Below are positions 1 to 12,282 of a DNA stretch of 64,000 bases, piece after piece. Origin of the DNA: an uncultured delta proteobacterium (GTDB lineage: Bacteria; Myxococcota; Myxococcia; Myxococcales; Anaeromyxobacteraceae); the NCBI GenBank assembly GCA_963814585.1, contig CAWFDF010000014.1, forward strand, positions 128,001 through 192,000, read 5' to 3'. Position numbers and translations under genes: made by a program. The notes beneath the pieces are model-generated. The model saw nothing but the letters and a program-made list of their open reading frames with translations. It had not been told where the DNA came from and searched no databases. Position 1 is the first letter of the stretch. Each line of letters begins with the position of its first letter.

Positions 1-391
1 CGTAGCCGAGCCGCTGGAAGATGGCGACGACGTCCTCGAGCGCCTGGGTGACCGGGTGGCGGCCACCTCGCGGCGCCAGGGCGCGTCCCGGCAGCGTGAC
101 GTCGAGCGCAGGGCCCGAGAGCTCGGCCTCCAGCGCGGCGCCGGAGAGCGCCTGCCTGCGGGCCGTGAGCAGCGCCTCGACCTGGTCGCGGACGCGGTTG
201 GCCACCTCGCCGACGGCGGGGCGGGCCTCGGCCGGCAAGGCGCCCATGCCGCGCAGGACCGCGGAGAGCTCTCCCTTCTTCCCGAGGAACCGGACGCGCA
301 GCTCCTCGAGCGCCCGCTCGTCGGCGGCCGAGGCGGTGGCCTGGCGCGCTCCGGCGGCGAGCGACTCCAGCTGTTCCAGCAGGTCGGCCAC
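1..391 (-). CDS. pheS: Phenylalanine-tRNA ligase alpha subunit, N-terminal part (runs off the window)
   Basis: Manual translation from GTG at 391: MADLLEQLESLAAGARQATASAADERALEELRVRFLGKKGELSAVLRGMG...; follows rplT as usual. Confidence 0.93.
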   Translation of the reverse strand, partial: MADLLEQLESLAAGARQATASAADERALEELRVRFLGKKGELSAVLRGMGALPAEARPAVGEVANRVRDQVEALLTARRQALSGAALEAELSGPALDVTLPGRALAPRGGRHPVTQALEDVVAIFQRLGY

Positions 392-422
392 GCCGCCCCC
401 TCTCAGTGGCTGGGCCGGGGCG

Positions 423-767
423 CTAGGCGCGGGCGGCCTTGACCACGGCGGCGAAGTCGCCGGGCGCGGAGACCGCCAGGTCGGCCAGGATCTTCCGGTC
501 GACGATCACCCCGGCCGTCTTGAGGGCCGCGGTGAGCTTCGAGTAGGTGGTCCCGTTCAGCCGCGCCGCCGCGTTGATGCGGACGATCCAGAGGGCGCGG
601 AAGTCACGCCGCTTCTGCCTCCGGTCACGGGTGGCGTAGTCCTGGGCGCGCTCGACGGCCTGGTTGGCGCGCTTGTAGCAATTCTTGCGGCGGCCGCGGA
701 ACCCCTTGGCCAGCTTGAGAACGCGGTTACGGCGACGACGGGCCTTGATCCCCTTCTTGACTCGCAT
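423..767 (-). CDS. rplT: 50S ribosomal protein L20
   Basis: [25 protein letters not shown]...[13 protein letters not shown]...DRKILADLA. Confidence 0.98.
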   Translation of the reverse strand: MRVKKGIKARRRRNRVLKLAKGFRGRRKNCYKRANQAVERAQDYATRDRRQKRRDFRALWIVRINAAARLNGTTYSKLTAALKTAGVIVDRKILADLAVSAPGDFAAVVKAARA

Positions 768-848
768 CTGCTACTCCTCTCGCCGGCGGGAGGCGACCGA
801 CTGGTCGCGCTTGTGGACCCCGCCTGGCAGCTGTGGAACCGCGGACGG

Positions 849-1052
849 CTAGCGGCCGTACGGGAAGCACTCCTTGATCTTCTTCGCATCCGAGGCGTCC
901 AGGTGGCTGGTGCCGCGGAGGCCGCGCTTCTGCTTCGGGGTCTTCCCGAAGGTCGCCAGGTGTCGGACCCCGGCGTGACGGAACTTCACCTGGCCGGACT
1001 TCTTCACGCTGAAGCGCTTCTTGGCGCCGCTGTTGGTCTTGAGCTTGGGCAT
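849..1052 (-). CDS. rpmI: 50S ribosomal protein L35
   Basis: MPKLKTNSGAKKRF; lies between infC and rplT. Confidence 0.97.
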   Translation of the reverse strand: MPKLKTNSGAKKRFSVKKSGQVKFRHAGVRHLATFGKTPKQKRGLRGTSHLDASDAKKIKECFPYGR

Positions 1053-1108
1053 CTTCCGGTCTCTCTTCTCTTCCTGGTGAGCGCGCCGCGGGCGTCGCGG
1101 CGGTGTGA

Positions 1109-1804
1109 CTACGGTTCGGCCGCCGGCCCGGGGGCGGCGTCGGCCGGGGCCTCCGCGACGGGCGCGGCCTCCGCGGCAGCGGCCGCGACGGGCGCCGGGG
1201 CGCCGCCGGGCTCGGCAGCGGCCTTGGCGGCCTTGGCCGCCGCCTCGGCGCGGGAGCGGTTCGCCTGCAGCATCTTCGGGTTGGGGGCGAGGATCATGAA
1301 CATCTGGCGCCCTTCCATGCGGGGCGCCGCCTCGATCACCGCCACGTCCTTCAGGTCCTCGATGATCTCCTGCAGCACCTTCTGGCCGAGCTCGCGGTGG
1401 GACATCTCGCGGCCTCGGAACATGACGGTGATGCGGGCCTTGTTGGAGTCCTCGAGGAACTCCCGGACCTTCTTGATCTTGACGTTGTAGTCGTGCTCCT
1501 CGGTGCGAGGCCGGAACTTCACCTCCTTGAGCAGCACCACCACCTGGTTCTTCTTGGCCTCGTTCTGCTTCTTCTTCTCGAGGTACTTGAACTTCCCGTA
1601 GTCCATGATCTTGCAGACGGGAGGCTTGGCGAGCGGGCTGACCTCGACGAGGTCCATCCCCTCCTCCTGCGCCCGGGACAGCGCCTGATCGATGGTCAGC
1701 ACGCCGAGCTGCTCGCCAGACGCACCGATGACACGCACCTCACGCGCCTTGATCCGGCGGTTGGTGCGCGCGTCACGGTTGGTCCTCTGATCCCGCTGAT
1801 TCAG
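1109..1804 (-). CDS. infC: Translation initiation factor IF-3, probable CTG start, Ala/Pro-rich C-terminal tail
   Basis: TNRRIKAREVRVIG...PPVCKIMDYGKFKY...KEVKFRP...FRGRE; the frame extends 22 codons upstream of the track start to a CTG 6 nt after AAGGAG. Confidence 0.95.
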   Translation of the reverse strand: MNQRDQRTNRDARTNRRIKAREVRVIGASGEQLGVLTIDQALSRAQEEGMDLVEVSPLAKPPVCKIMDYGKFKYLEKKKQNEAKKNQVVVLLKEVKFRPRTEEHDYNVKIKKVREFLEDSNKARITVMFRGREMSHRELGQKVLQEIIEDLKDVAVIEAAPRMEGRQMFMILAPNPKMLQANRSRAEAAAKAAKAAAEPGGAPAPVAAAAAEAAPVAEAPADAAPGPAAEP

Positions 1805-1874
1805 ACCCGGCTCCTTGGGGAAGTCCCCTGCCGGCCCTGGCGATGCGCCCCGGGCCGGCCCGAAAAGAACGCGT

Positions 1875-1902
1875 AGGATATGGATCTCGCGGGCAAAGTC
1901 AA
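1875..1902 (-). promoter_or_regulatory. Putative sigma70 promoter for infC-rpmI-rplT
   Basis: TTGACT-N16-TATCCT on the minus strand in the ilvC-infC gap. Confidence 0.5.
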
Positions 1903-1961
1903 ACGGGGAGGCCGGCGCGACCCCGCCGCCGGCCTCCGCCCGCGCCCCGACGGCTCTTCCG

Positions 1962-3014
<1,053 letters not shown>

Positions 3015-3548
3015 CTACTTCAGTGTGGGGGGGGCCAACGTCTTGAAGCCACGCTCCAGCGCGATGCGCCCGGAGCGACAGATCTCCTGGATGCCGAAGG
3101 CGCGGAGCCGATCCTCGAGCGCTTCCAGCTTGCCGCTGTTGCCCGAGGCCTCGACCACCAGGGCGTCGGGCGAGACGTCCACGATGGTGGCCTCGTAGGT
3201 CTCCGCCAGCGCTCGCAGCTCGGCGTGGTTCCGCTCCGGGGTGCGGATCTTCACCAGCATCAGCTCGCGCTCGATGAGGTCCTGCGGCGAGAGCTCGCGA
3301 ACCTCGACCACCGGCACCAGCTTCTGCACCTGGCGGACCACCTGCTCCACGGTCTTGGTGGAGAGGCGGACCACGATGGTCATGCGGGAGTACTCGGCCC
3401 GCTCGGTGGGACCCACCGTGAGACTGGCGATGTTGTAGCCGCGCCGGGAGAAGAGCCCGGCGATGCGGTGGAGCACGCCCGGCTTGTTCTCGACCAGCAG
3501 GCTGATGGTGTGGGTGGAGCCGCTCGGCACTTCCTCGTTCCGTTCCAT
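3015..3548 (-). CDS. ilvN: Acetolactate synthase small (regulatory) subunit
   Basis: HTISLLVENKPGVLHRIAGLFSRRGYNIASL ACT domain; real start at MERNEE (3548). Confidence 0.96.
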   Translation of the reverse strand: MERNEEVPSGSTHTISLLVENKPGVLHRIAGLFSRRGYNIASLTVGPTERAEYSRMTIVVRLSTKTVEQVVRQVQKLVPVVEVRELSPQDLIERELMLVKIRTPERNHAELRALAETYEATIVDVSPDALVVEASGNSGKLEALEDRLRAFGIQEICRSGRIALERGFKTLAPPTLK

Positions 3549-3550
3549 GG

Positions 3551-5257
3551 CTACTCCCCGTCGATCATGTCGTTGAGAGGCGCGCCGGCCGGGACCATGG
3601 GGAAGACCTTCTCCTGGCGGCGGACGCGCACGTCGATGATGGTGGGCCCGCCCGTGTTGGCGAGGGCCTGGTCGATGACCTGGTCGAGCTCCTCCACCGT
3701 CCGGGCCCGCAGCCCCAGGCAGCCGTAGGCGTCGGCCAGCTTCACGAAGTCCGGGCAGTCGGAGAGCGGGGTCTGGGCGAAGCGGTTCTCGTAGAACAGC
3801 TCCTGCCACTGCCGGACCATGCCGAGGAAGAGGTTGTTGAGGATGAAGATCTTGATGGGCAGGTTCAGGTCCCGGGCGGTGGCGAGGTCCTGCAGCGTCA
3901 TCTGGAACGAGCCGTCGCCGTCGATGCCGATGACCAGCTCTCCGGGCCGGCCCAGCTGGATGCCGATGGCCGCGGGCAGGCAGAACCCCATGGTGCCGAG
4001 GCCGCCCGAGGTGATGAACTGGCGGGGCCCGGAGGTCTTCCACCACTGCGCGGCGAACATCTGGTGCTCACCGACGCCGGTGGTGACCACCGCCTTGCCG
4101 CCGGTCTTCTTCCAGATGGCCTCGATGACGTACTGGGGGAGCAGGTACTTCTGCCCGGCCTGCTCGTACCTGAGCGGGTGCTTCTCGCGCCAGGCCCCCA
4201 CCCGCTTCAACCAGGGGCCCAGGTCGGCCCGGCCCTGCGCGGCGAAGAGGCGGCGCACCTCCTCGGTGAGCTGCGGCAGCAGCCGCTTCAGGTCGCCGAC
4301 CAGCGGGACGGTGGCGGTGACCAGCTTGGAGATCTCGGCCGGGTCGACGTCGAGGTGGACCACCTTGGCCTCGGGGGCGAAGGTGGAGAGCTTGCCGGTG
4401 ACGCGGTCGTCGAAGCGTGCGCCCAAGGCGATGAGCAGGTCCGAGTTCTGCACGGCGTAGTTGGAGAACTTGCTGCCGTGCATGCCGAACATGCCGAGGC
4501 AGCGCGGGTCGGTCTCGGGGAAGGCCCCCTTGCCGTGGACCGTGGTCACCACCGGGCAGCCCACCAGCTCGACGAAGGCGGCCACCTCGGCGTGGGCGTC
4601 GGAGGTTCGCACCCCGCCCCCCAGGTAGATGATGGGGCGCGACGAGCCCCGGATCAGCGTGGCGGCGTCCTTGAGCCGCGGCTCCTCGCGGACCGGGGGG
4701 TGGTAGCCCGGGATCGAGACCGACTCCGGGTACTCGAACTCGAACTCGGTGTTCTGGATGTCCTTGGGGATGTCGACCAGCACCGGGCCGGGCCGGCCGG
4801 TGCGGGCGACGTAGAAGGCCTCCTTGAGGATGCGCGGGAGGTCGTGGACGTCGGTCACCAGCCAGTTGTGCTTGGTGATGGGCATGGTGATGCCGGTGAT
4901 GTCCGCCTCCTGGAAGGCGTCCGAGCCGATCAGGCCGGTGGCGACGTTGCCGGTGATGGCCACCAGCGGCACCGAGTCCATGTAGGCGTCGGCGATGGCG
5001 GTCACCAGGTTGGTGGCGCCCGGGCCGGAGGTCCCGAAGCAGACCCCGACCCGGCCGGTGGCGTGGGCGTAGCCCTCGGCGGCGTGGCCACCCACCTGCT
5101 CGTGGCGGATCAGCACCTGCTGCGGCTTCTTGCAGTCGAACATCGCGTCGTAGATGGGCAGGATGGTCCCGCCCGGCATGCCGAAGACGTACTCGACGCC
5201 TTCCGCCTCCAGGGCGCGCCGGACCGCCATCGCGCCGGTGATCTTCTCCTTGGCCAT
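3551..5257 (-). CDS. ilvB: Acetolactate synthase large subunit, biosynthetic
   Basis: FGMPGG, RHEQ, TSGPGATN, AFQE, SGGLGTMG, ThDP motif GDGSFQM...NN; start at MAKEKITG. Confidence 0.97.
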   Translation of the reverse strand: MAKEKITGAMAVRRALEAEGVEYVFGMPGGTILPIYDAMFDCKKPQQVLIRHEQVGGHAAEGYAHATGRVGVCFGTSGPGATNLVTAIADAYMDSVPLVAITGNVATGLIGSDAFQEADITGITMPITKHNWLVTDVHDLPRILKEAFYVARTGRPGPVLVDIPKDIQNTEFEFEYPESVSIPGYHPPVREEPRLKDAATLIRGSSRPIIYLGGGVRTSDAHAEVAAFVELVGCPVVTTVHGKGAFPETDPRCLGMFGMHGSKFSNYAVQNSDLLIALGARFDDRVTGKLSTFAPEAKVVHLDVDPAEISKLVTATVPLVGDLKRLLPQLTEEVRRLFAAQGRADLGPWLKRVGAWREKHPLRYEQAGQKYLLPQYVIEAIWKKTGGKAVVTTGVGEHQMFAAQWWKTSGPRQFITSGGLGTMGFCLPAAIGIQLGRPGELVIGIDGDGSFQMTLQDLATARDLNLPIKIFILNNLFLGMVRQWQELFYENRFAQTPLSDCPDFVKLADAYGCLGLRARTVEELDQVIDQALANTGGPTIIDVRVRRQEKVFPMVPAGAPLNDMIDGE

Positions 5258-5301
5258 TGCTCGCTCCGTGTCGCTGCGCTTGGTTGGGGGTTGAGAAGGG
5301 G

Positions 5302-6366
5302 TCAGGCTGGCAGGCTGCCGGACTGCAGCGCGCGGACCACCGCCGCGCCGGCCTCGGCGGTGCTGGCCGTGCCGCCGAGATCCGGGGTGAGCACGCCCTC
5401 GACCACCGCCGCGGTCACCGCCCGCTCCACCGAGGCGGCCTCGGCCTCGAGGCCGAGCGAGTGGCGCAGCAGCATGGCCACGCTCATGATGGTGCCGTAG
5501 GGGTTGGCGATCCCCTTCCCGGCGATGTCGGGGGCCGAGCCGTGGATGGGCTCGTAGAGCCCGCTTCGCCCGGCACCCAGCGAGGCCGATGGCAGCAGGC
5601 CGATGGAGCCGGCCAGCACCGAGGCCTCGTCGGTGAGGATGTCTCCGAACATGTTCTCGGTCACCACCACGTCGAAGTCGGCCGGGCGCCTCACCAGCTG
5701 CATGGCGCAGCTGTCGACCAGCTGGTGCTCGAGCCGGCAGTCGGGGAACTCGGCCTTCACCACCCGCTCCGCCACCTCGCGCCAGAGCCGGGAGGTCTCC
5801 AGCACGTTGGCCTTGTCGACGCTGGTGATCTTCTTGCGGCGCTCGCGCGCCAGCCGGCCCGCCACCCGCACCACCCGCTCGATCTCCTCCACCGTGTAGC
5901 TGCAGAGATCGGAGGCGCCGGTGGCGGTCCGGGTCTTCTCGCCGAAGTAGATGCCGCCGGTCAGCTCGCGGACCACCAGCAGGTCCACGCCCACCAGCAG
6001 CTCGGCCTTGAGCGGCGAGGCGGCGGCCAGCCGCGGGTTGACCGTGACCGGTCGCAGGTTGGCGAAGAGCCCCAGCTCCCGCCGCAGCGCCAGCAGCCCC
6101 TGCTCCGGGCGGACCGGGGCGGACGGCCCCCACCTGGGGCCTCCGATGGCGCCGAAGAGGATGGCCTCGGAGGCCCGGCAGAGCGCCAGGGTGGCCGCGG
6201 GGAGCGGCTGGCCGGTGGCGTCGATGGCGGCGCCGCCCACCAGCGCCTCGGTGAGCTCGAAGTGGTGGCCGCCTCGCGCCGCCACCGCGCGGAGCACCGC
6301 CGCTCCCTCGCGAGCCACCTCGGGGCCGATGCCGTCACCACCCAGGACCGCGATGCGCGCCCTCAT
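5302..6366 (-). CDS. leuB: 3-isopropylmalate dehydrogenase
   Basis: [49 protein letters not shown]. Confidence 0.97.
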   Translation of the reverse strand: MRARIAVLGGDGIGPEVAREGAAVLRAVAARGGHHFELTEALVGGAAIDATGQPLPAATLALCRASEAILFGAIGGPRWGPSAPVRPEQGLLALRRELGLFANLRPVTVNPRLAAASPLKAELLVGVDLLVVRELTGGIYFGEKTRTATGASDLCSYTVEEIERVVRVAGRLARERRKKITSVDKANVLETSRLWREVAERVVKAEFPDCRLEHQLVDSCAMQLVRRPADFDVVVTENMFGDILTDEASVLAGSIGLLPSASLGAGRSGLYEPIHGSAPDIAGKGIANPYGTIMSVAMLLRHSLGLEAEAASVERAVTAAVVEGVLTPDLGGTASTAEAGAAVVRALQSGSLPA

Positions 6367-6935
6367 CTCGACCCCTCGAAGGCCGTGATGGCCTCGGCCT
6401 GGCCGAGCAGGAAGCCGAGCTCGTCGACGCCGTTCAGCAGGCAGTAGCGGCTGAAGCCGTCGATGGAGAACCCGACCGCCTTGCCGCCCGGCAGCGTCAG
6501 CTGCTGCGTCTCCAGGTCGATCCGGACCGTGGCCCCGGGGTTGGCCAGCAGCACGGCATGGCTGGCGGCGTCGACCTGGATGGGGAGCAGCCCGTTCTTG
6601 AGCGCGTTGTTCCTGAAGATGTCGGCGATGCGGGTGGAGAGCACGGCGCGGAAGCCGTGGTCGTGGAGCGCCCACGGGGCGTGCTCGCGCGACGAGCCGC
6701 AGCCGAAGTTGTCGCCGGCCACCAGCACCTGGCAGCCCTGCGCCTCGGGCCGGTTGAGCACGAAGTCTGGCCGTGGCGAGCCGTCGGGGCCGTAGCGCCA
6801 GTCGGCGAAGGCCGCCTTGCCGAGGCCGGCCTTGTCGGTGACCTTGAGGAAGCGGGCCGGGATGATCTGGTCGGTGTCGATGTTCTCCCGGGGGAGCACC
6901 ACCGTCCGGCTCTCGATGACGCGGATCGGGTTCAC
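6363..6935 (-). CDS. leuD: 3-isopropylmalate dehydratase small subunit
   Basis: [30 protein letters not shown] start overlaps the leuC stop. Confidence 0.96.
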   Translation of the reverse strand: MNPIRVIESRTVVLPRENIDTDQIIPARFLKVTDKAGLGKAAFADWRYGPDGSPRPDFVLNRPEAQGCQVLVAGDNFGCGSSREHAPWALHDHGFRAVLSTRIADIFRNNALKNGLLPIQVDAASHAVLLANPGATVRIDLETQQLTLPGGKAVGFSIDGFSRYCLLNGVDELGFLLGQAEAITAFEGSR

Positions 6936-8362
6936 GGCCTGGCCTCCGCGAAGGACCTGGGATCGGCCACCGCGCCGGCCACCGCCGCCGCCGCCGCCGT
7001 GGCCGGGCTGGCCAGCAGCGTCCGGCCGCCCGCCCCCTGCCGGCCCTCGAAGTTCCGGTTGGAGGTGGAGACGCAGTACTGGCCCCGCTCGAGGCGGTCG
7101 CCGTTCATGGCGATGCACATCGAGCAGCCCGGCTCCCGCCACTCCGCCCCGGCCTCGCGGAAGACCCGGTCCAGCCCCTCGGCCTCGGCCTGCCTCTTGA
7201 CGCGCTGCGAGCCGGGGACGATGAGGGTGCGGGCCTTGACCCGGCGGCCGCGCAGCACGCCGGCCGCCTCCCGCAGGTCCTCCAGCCGCCCGTTGGTGCA
7301 GGAACCGACGAAGACCACGTCGACGGGCTGGCCGAGGATGGGCTGGCCGGCGCGCAGCCCCATGTAGCCGAGCGCCCCCTGCAGCGAGGCGCGGGCCGCG
7401 GCGTCGATGGCGGTGGCCGGGTCGGGCACGCAGGCGGTGACGGGGATGGCCTGCCCCGGGTTGGTCCCCCAGGTGATCATCGGCGAGAGCGTCGAGGCGT
7501 CGATGGTGAGCTCGCGATCGTAGCGGGCGCCCGGATCGCTGGGGAGCGTCCGCCAGCGCGCCACCGCCTCGTCCCAGGCCTTCCCCTGCGGCGCCCGGGG
7601 GCGACCCTTCAGCCAGGCGAAGGTGACCTCGTCGGGGGCCACCATCCCGGCGCGGGCGCCGGCCTCGATCGACATGTTGCAGAGGGTCATCCGCCCCTCC
7701 ATGGAGAGCGCGCGCACCGCCTCGCCGAGGTACTCGATGACGTGGCCGGTCCCGCCGCCCACGCCGAGCCGGGCGATGATCGCCAGCACCAGGTCCTTGG
7801 CGCCGACGCCGGCCGGCAGCCGCCCGTCCACGCGCACCGCCAGCGTCCTGGCCTGGCGCTGCAGCAGGCACTGCGTGGCCAGCACGTGGCCGACCTCGGA
7901 GGTTCCGATGCCGAAGGCCAGCGCCCCGAAGGCGCCGTGCGTGGCGGTGTGGCTGTCGCCGCAGACCACCGTCATGCCCGGCTGCGTCGCCCCCATCTCC
8001 GGGCCGAAGACGTGGACCACGCCCTGGGCCTCGGTCCCCAGGCCGTGCAGCTCGACGCCGAACTCGGCGGCGTTGCTGGCCAGCTGGGCCACCTGCGCCT
8101 CGGCCTGGGCGTCGATGAAGGGCCAGCGGCCGTCGGCGCCGCGCGGGAGCGTCGGCGTGGAGTGGTCCATGGTGGCCAGCGTCCGATCCAGCCGGCGCAC
8201 CGGGAGGCCGCGCTCCCTGAGCACCGAGAAGGCCTGCGGGCTGGTCACCTCGTGGACGAGGTGGAGATCGACGTAGAGGACGGCGGGCGTGTCGGTGGTC
8301 TCGGCCCGGACCAGGTGGGCCTCCCAGACCTTCTCGAAGAGGGTCCTTGCCGAGGCCGACAT
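6932..8362 (-). CDS. leuC: 3-isopropylmalate dehydratase large subunit
   Basis: [40 protein letters not shown]. Confidence 0.98.
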   Translation of the reverse strand: MSASARTLFEKVWEAHLVRAETTDTPAVLYVDLHLVHEVTSPQAFSVLRERGLPVRRLDRTLATMDHSTPTLPRGADGRWPFIDAQAEAQVAQLASNAAEFGVELHGLGTEAQGVVHVFGPEMGATQPGMTVVCGDSHTATHGAFGALAFGIGTSEVGHVLATQCLLQRQARTLAVRVDGRLPAGVGAKDLVLAIIARLGVGGGTGHVIEYLGEAVRALSMEGRMTLCNMSIEAGARAGMVAPDEVTFAWLKGRPRAPQGKAWDEAVARWRTLPSDPGARYDRELTIDASTLSPMITWGTNPGQAIPVTACVPDPATAIDAAARASLQGALGYMGLRAGQPILGQPVDVVFVGSCTNGRLEDLREAAGVLRGRRVKARTLIVPGSQRVKRQAEAEGLDRVFREAGAEWREPGCSMCIAMNGDRLERGQYCVSTSNRNFEGRQGAGGRTLLASPATAAAAAVAGAVADPRSFAEARP

Positions 8363-9946
8363 CTACGGCGACCCCATCTCGGCGCGCGCCGCGGCCGCGG
8401 CCGCGGCCGAGCCCGGCCCGGACTTGAGCGCGATGCGGTTGATGACCTCGAGGAAGGCGCGGGCGCTCCCCTCGATGATGTCGGTGGAGAGGGCCCGGCC
8501 GCGGTAGACGCCGCTGGGGTGCTCGCAGTCGAGCGTCACCTCGCCCTGCGCGTCCTCGCCGGTGGAGATGCTGGCGATCTGGTAGTCGCGCAACTTCACG
8601 GTGATGCCGGTCACGTCCTCGATGGCCTTGAAGACGGCGTCGACCGGCCCGTCGCCGGCCGCCACCGCCTGGCGGCGCTCGCCGGCGGCGTTCACCAGCG
8701 CCACCGAGGCCACCGGCAGCGTCCCGGTGCCCGAGGTGGTGGAGAGCGCCTCCAGCTTCCAGGCCACCGCCCCCTTGCCGAGGATCTGGCCGTGGACCAC
8801 CAGCGCCTCGATGTCGGCGTCGTAGATGTCCTTCTTCTTGTCGGCCAGCGCCTTGAAGTCCCCGAAGACCTTGTCGACGGCGGCGTCCTCGAGCTGGTAG
8901 CCGAGCGCCACCAGCCGCTCCTTGAGGGCGTGGCGCCCCGAGTGCTTGCCCAGCACCAGGCTGGAGCGGGCGAAGCCCACCTCCTCCGGCCGCATGATCT
9001 CGTAGGTCTCGCGGTGGGTGAGCATGCCGTGCTGGTGGATGCCGGCCTCGTGGGCGAAGGCGTTCTGCCCGACCACCGCCTTGTTGCGCTGCACGTGCAG
9101 GCCGGTCACCTGCGACACCAGCCGGCTGGTCGGGTAGAGCCGCTCGGTCTTGACGCCGTGGCGGAGCTTGAGCACGTCGTGGCGGGTCTTGCACGCCATG
9201 ACGATCTCCTCCAGCGAGGCGTTGCCGGCCCGCTCGCCGATGCCGTTGATGGTGCACTCCACCTGCCGCGCCCCCGCCATCACGCCGGCCAGCGAGTTGG
9301 CCACGGCCAGCCCGAGGTCGTTGTGGCAGTGGACCGAGATGACCGCCTTGTCGATGCCGCGGACGTGCTGCTTGAGGTGCCGGATGGTCTCGGCGTAGGT
9401 GGAGGGGAGCGCGTAGCCGACGGTGTCGGGGATGTTGACGGTGGTGGCGCCGGCCTCGATGGCCCGCTCCACCACCTCGACCAGGAAGTCGAGCTCGGTG
9501 CGCGCCGAGTCCTCGGCCGAGAACTCGACGTCGTCGAACTTCTCGCGCGCCATCTTCACGCCCTCGACGGCCCGGCGGATGATCTCCTCCTTGGCCATCT
9601 TGAGCTTGAAGTCGCGGTGGATGGGGCTGGTGGCGAGGAAGACGTGGCAGCGCCGGTGAGGGGCGTCCTTGAGCGCCTCCCAGGAGGCGGCGATGTCGCC
9701 CTTGCTGCAGCGCGAGAGGCTGGCGATGATCGGCCCCTCCACCTGCCGGCTCACCCCCTGGATGGCCTCCAGGTCGCCCGGCGAGGCGGCGGCGAAGCCC
9801 GCCTCGATCACGTCGACGCCGAGCTCCCGCAGGGCCCGCGCCACCTGGAGCTTCTGCTCCAGGTTCATCGACGCACCCGGCGACTGCTCGCCGTCGCGGA
9901 GCGTGGTGTCGAAGATGACGATGCGGTCGGATACGGGCTGGTTCAC
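8363..9946 (-). CDS. leuA: 2-isopropylmalate synthase (GTG 9946 after GAGGGAG preferred; ATG 10012 is an alternative)
   Basis: [39 protein letters not shown]-terminal GDGPVDA regulatory domain. Confidence 0.96.
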   Translation of the reverse strand: MNQPVSDRIVIFDTTLRDGEQSPGASMNLEQKLQVARALRELGVDVIEAGFAAASPGDLEAIQGVSRQVEGPIIASLSRCSKGDIAASWEALKDAPHRRCHVFLATSPIHRDFKLKMAKEEIIRRAVEGVKMAREKFDDVEFSAEDSARTELDFLVEVVERAIEAGATTVNIPDTVGYALPSTYAETIRHLKQHVRGIDKAVISVHCHNDLGLAVANSLAGVMAGARQVECTINGIGERAGNASLEEIVMACKTRHDVLKLRHGVKTERLYPTSRLVSQVTGLHVQRNKAVVGQNAFAHEAGIHQHGMLTHRETYEIMRPEEVGFARSSLVLGKHSGRHALKERLVALGYQLEDAAVDKVFGDFKALADKKKDIYDADIEALVVHGQILGKGAVAWKLEALSTTSGTGTLPVASVALVNAAGERRQAVAAGDGPVDAVFKAIEDVTGITVKLRDYQIASISTGEDAQGEVTLDCEHPSGVYRGRALSTDIIEGSARAFLEVINRIALKSGPGSAAAAAAARAEMGSP

Positions 9947-10111
9947 GCTGGGCACTCCCTCGGCGGCGACGTCGGTTCGCTTCGGCTGCTTGGTCACTGG
10001 CGGCTTCGACATGGATGGACCCCGGGCTCCTGGTGTGGGGCCGAAGAGGGTGGCTCGCCTGTCGAGGGCAACCTCTTTGGCCATTTCGGCGAAAGAGGTC
10101 GCGGCGCAGCG

Positions 10112-10177
10112 TCACCCTGGCCGGGATACCTCTCCCGCCGGGCTAAGAAGTCGACGCGTGCTGCTCGCGAAATTCAT
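10112..10177 (-). CDS. Putative leu/ilv operon leader peptide [21 protein letters not shown]
   Basis: 21-codon ORF just after the promoter with tandem CTT CTT Leu codons, followed by alternative-pairing segments. Confidence 0.5.
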   Translation of the reverse strand: MNFASSTRRLLSPAGEVSRPG

Positions 10178-10187
10178 TGGACCGGTG

Positions 10188-10217
10188 ACGTTAGTGGACA
10201 GCGACCGGTGTGGTCAA
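10188..10217 (-). promoter_or_regulatory. Putative sigma70 promoter of the leu/ilv operon
   Basis: TTGACC-N18-TAACGT, 10 nt upstream of the leader ATG. Confidence 0.5.
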
Positions 10218-10320
10218 GAGTCGCAGGTCGAACCGCCGAACAAAGCTGTCTAGGGCACATCCACCGCGCAGCGGCCTGCTTCGGGTGGTCATGGCCCGGG
10301 CTGGCCCCTGGAATGGGTCG

Positions 10321-12282
10321 CTAGTACGGCGGGGTCGCTTCCCTGGCCATCAGCTCGACGAAGGCGTCGAGCGGCATGGTCTTGAGATCCTCGCCGCCAT
10401 GGCGGCGTGGCGAGACCCCCTGCGCCTCGACCTCCTTCTCGCCGATCACCAGCGCGAAGGGGATCTTGGCCAGCTGGGCGTTGCGGATCTTGGCGCCGAG
10501 CTTGTCGTTGGAGTCGTCGAGCTCGACGCGCCAGCCTCGCGCGCCCAGCCGATCGGCCACCGTCCGGCCCCAGGCCACCGAGCCCTCGGAGACGGTGACG
10601 ACCCGCGCCTGCACCGGCGAGAGCCAGGTGGGGAAGGCGCCGGCGTAGTGCTCGGTGAGGATGGCGATGAAGCGCTCGAAGGAGCCGTAGATGGCCCGGT
10701 GGATCACCACGGGACGGTGCTCGGCGTTGTCCGCCCCCACGTAGGTGAGATCGAACCGCTCCGGCGCGGCGTAGTCGAGCTGGATGGTGCAGGTCTGCCA
10801 CTGCCGGCCCAGCGAGTCGGTCACGGTGAAGTCGATCTTGGGGCCGTAGAAGGCGCCGTCGCCCGGGTTGAGCTCCCACGGCAGGCCGATCTGCTCGAGC
10901 GCCGCGCGCAGCGCCCCCTCGGCCTTGTCCCAGAGGGCGTCGTCGCCGATGCGGTCCTTCTGGTCGGGCGGCCGCGTCGAGAACTTGAGGCCGAACTGCA
11001 GCCCGAAGGCCCCGTAGACGATCTTCATCAGCTCCACGATGCGCAGCACCTCGGCCGCGATCTGCGACTCCATCAGGTAGATGTGCGAGTCGTCCTGCTC
11101 GAACTGGCGCACCCGGGTCAGGCCGCCGAGCGAGCCCGAGGCCTCGTTCCGGTGCAGGGCGTCGGTGGTGTAGTAGCGGAGCGGCAGCTCGCGGTAGCTG
11201 CGCCGTCCCATCCTGTAGATGAGGTGGTGGGACGGGCAGTTCATGGGCTTGAGCGAGAAGCTGCAGCGCTCGTCGAGGTGCAGGGACTCGTCCGACTCGC
11301 TGTCGACCACCAGGAACATGTTCGACCTGTAGGGCCCCCAGTGGCCGCTCTGCTCCCAGAGCCGCCTGTTGAAGAGCAGTGGGGTCTTGACCTCCTGGTA
11401 GCCGTTCCTGTTGACGAGGCGGCGCATCGCCTCCTCGAGCACGTTGTAGAGGGTGGTGCCGGCCGGCAGCCAGAAGGGGGCGCCCGGGGCGTACTCGTGG
11501 AAGGCGAAGAGGCCCAGCGCCGGGCCCAGCTTCCGGTGGTCGCGCTTCTTCACCTCCTCCAGCTTGTGGAGGTGGGCGTCGAGGGCCTTCCTGTCGAAGA
11601 AGGAGGTGCCGTAGATCCGCTGCAGCATCGCGTTCCGCGAGTCGCCTCGCCAGTAGGCGCCGGCCACCGAGGTGAGCTTGACCACGCCGATGCGCGCCGT
11701 CGACGGGCCGTGCGGCCCGAGGCAGAAGTCGACCCAGTCGCCATGCCGGTAGAGGGTCAGCGTCTTCGCCCCCTTGGCGGCGATGTCGCGGATGATCTCC
11801 ACCTTGTACTTCTCGCCCTGCCCCTCGAAGAGCTGGAGCGCCTGCTCCATCGAGACCTCCTCGCGGAGGAAGGGGTGATCGGCCTTGATGGCCTCGTTGG
11901 TGGCGGCCTCGATCTTCTCGAGGTCCTCCGGCGTGAAGGGCTTCTCGCGGGCGAAGTCGTAGTAGAAGCCGTCCTCGATCGACGGGCCGATGGTCACCTG
12001 CGTGCCCGGGAAGAGCTGCTGCACCGCGCTGGCCATGACATGGGCGGCGTCGTGGCGCGCCACCTCCAGCGCCTCGGGGCTCTTCGTGGTCACCACCTCG
12101 AGCCGGGCGTCGGCGTCGATGGTGCGGGCCAGGTCGACCGGCTGGCCGTCGAGCCTGGCGATGTAGGCGGCCTTGGCGAGGCCGGCGCCGATGTGCAGCT
12201 TGACGAAGTCGAGCACGCTGATGCCGCGCGCCGCCTCCTTCTGGCTGCCGTCGGGGAGCGTGACTCTGACCAGTTCGGACAT
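10321..12282 (-). CDS. thrS: Threonine-tRNA ligase
   Basis: TGS domain [58 protein letters not shown]. Confidence 0.98.
   Translation of the reverse strand: MSELVRVTLPDGSQKEAARGISVLDFVKLHIGAGLAKAAYIARLDGQPVDLARTIDADARLEVVTTKSPEALEVARHDAAHVMASAVQQLFPGTQVTIGPSIEDGFYYDFAREKPFTPEDLEKIEAATNEAIKADHPFLREEVSMEQALQLFEGQGEKYKVEIIRDIAAKGAKTLTLYRHGDWVDFCLGPHGPSTARIGVVKLTSVAGAYWRGDSRNAMLQRIYGTSFFDRKALDAHLHKLEEVKKRDHRKLGPALGLFAFHEYAPGAPFWLPAGTTLYNVLEEAMRRLVNRNGYQEVKTPLLFNRRLWEQSGHWGPYRSNMFLVVDSESDESLHLDERCSFSLKPMNCPSHHLIYRMGRRSYRELPLRYYTTDALHRNEASGSLGGLTRVRQFEQDDSHIYLMESQIAAEVLRIVELMKIVYGAFGLQFGLKFSTRPPDQKDRIGDDALWDKAEGALRAALEQIGLPWELNPGDGAFYGPKIDFTVTDSLGRQWQTCTIQLDYAAPERFDLTYVGADNAEHRPVVIHRAIYGSFERFIAILTEHYAGAFPTWLSPVQARVVTVSEGSVAWGRTVADRLGARGWRVELDDSNDKLGAKIRNAQLAKIPFALVIGEKEVEAQGVSPRRHGGEDLKTMPLDAFVELMAREATPPY

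Noticed and set aside
6363..10115. Apparent 1,250-aa LeuD, and similarly long IlvB, IlvN, LeuB, ThrS, GT2 (26192-29326) and NarL (58368-61142) ORFs
   Set aside because: The ORF track extends to the farthest start through upstream genes in an off frame; real starts are coupled to the upstream stops.
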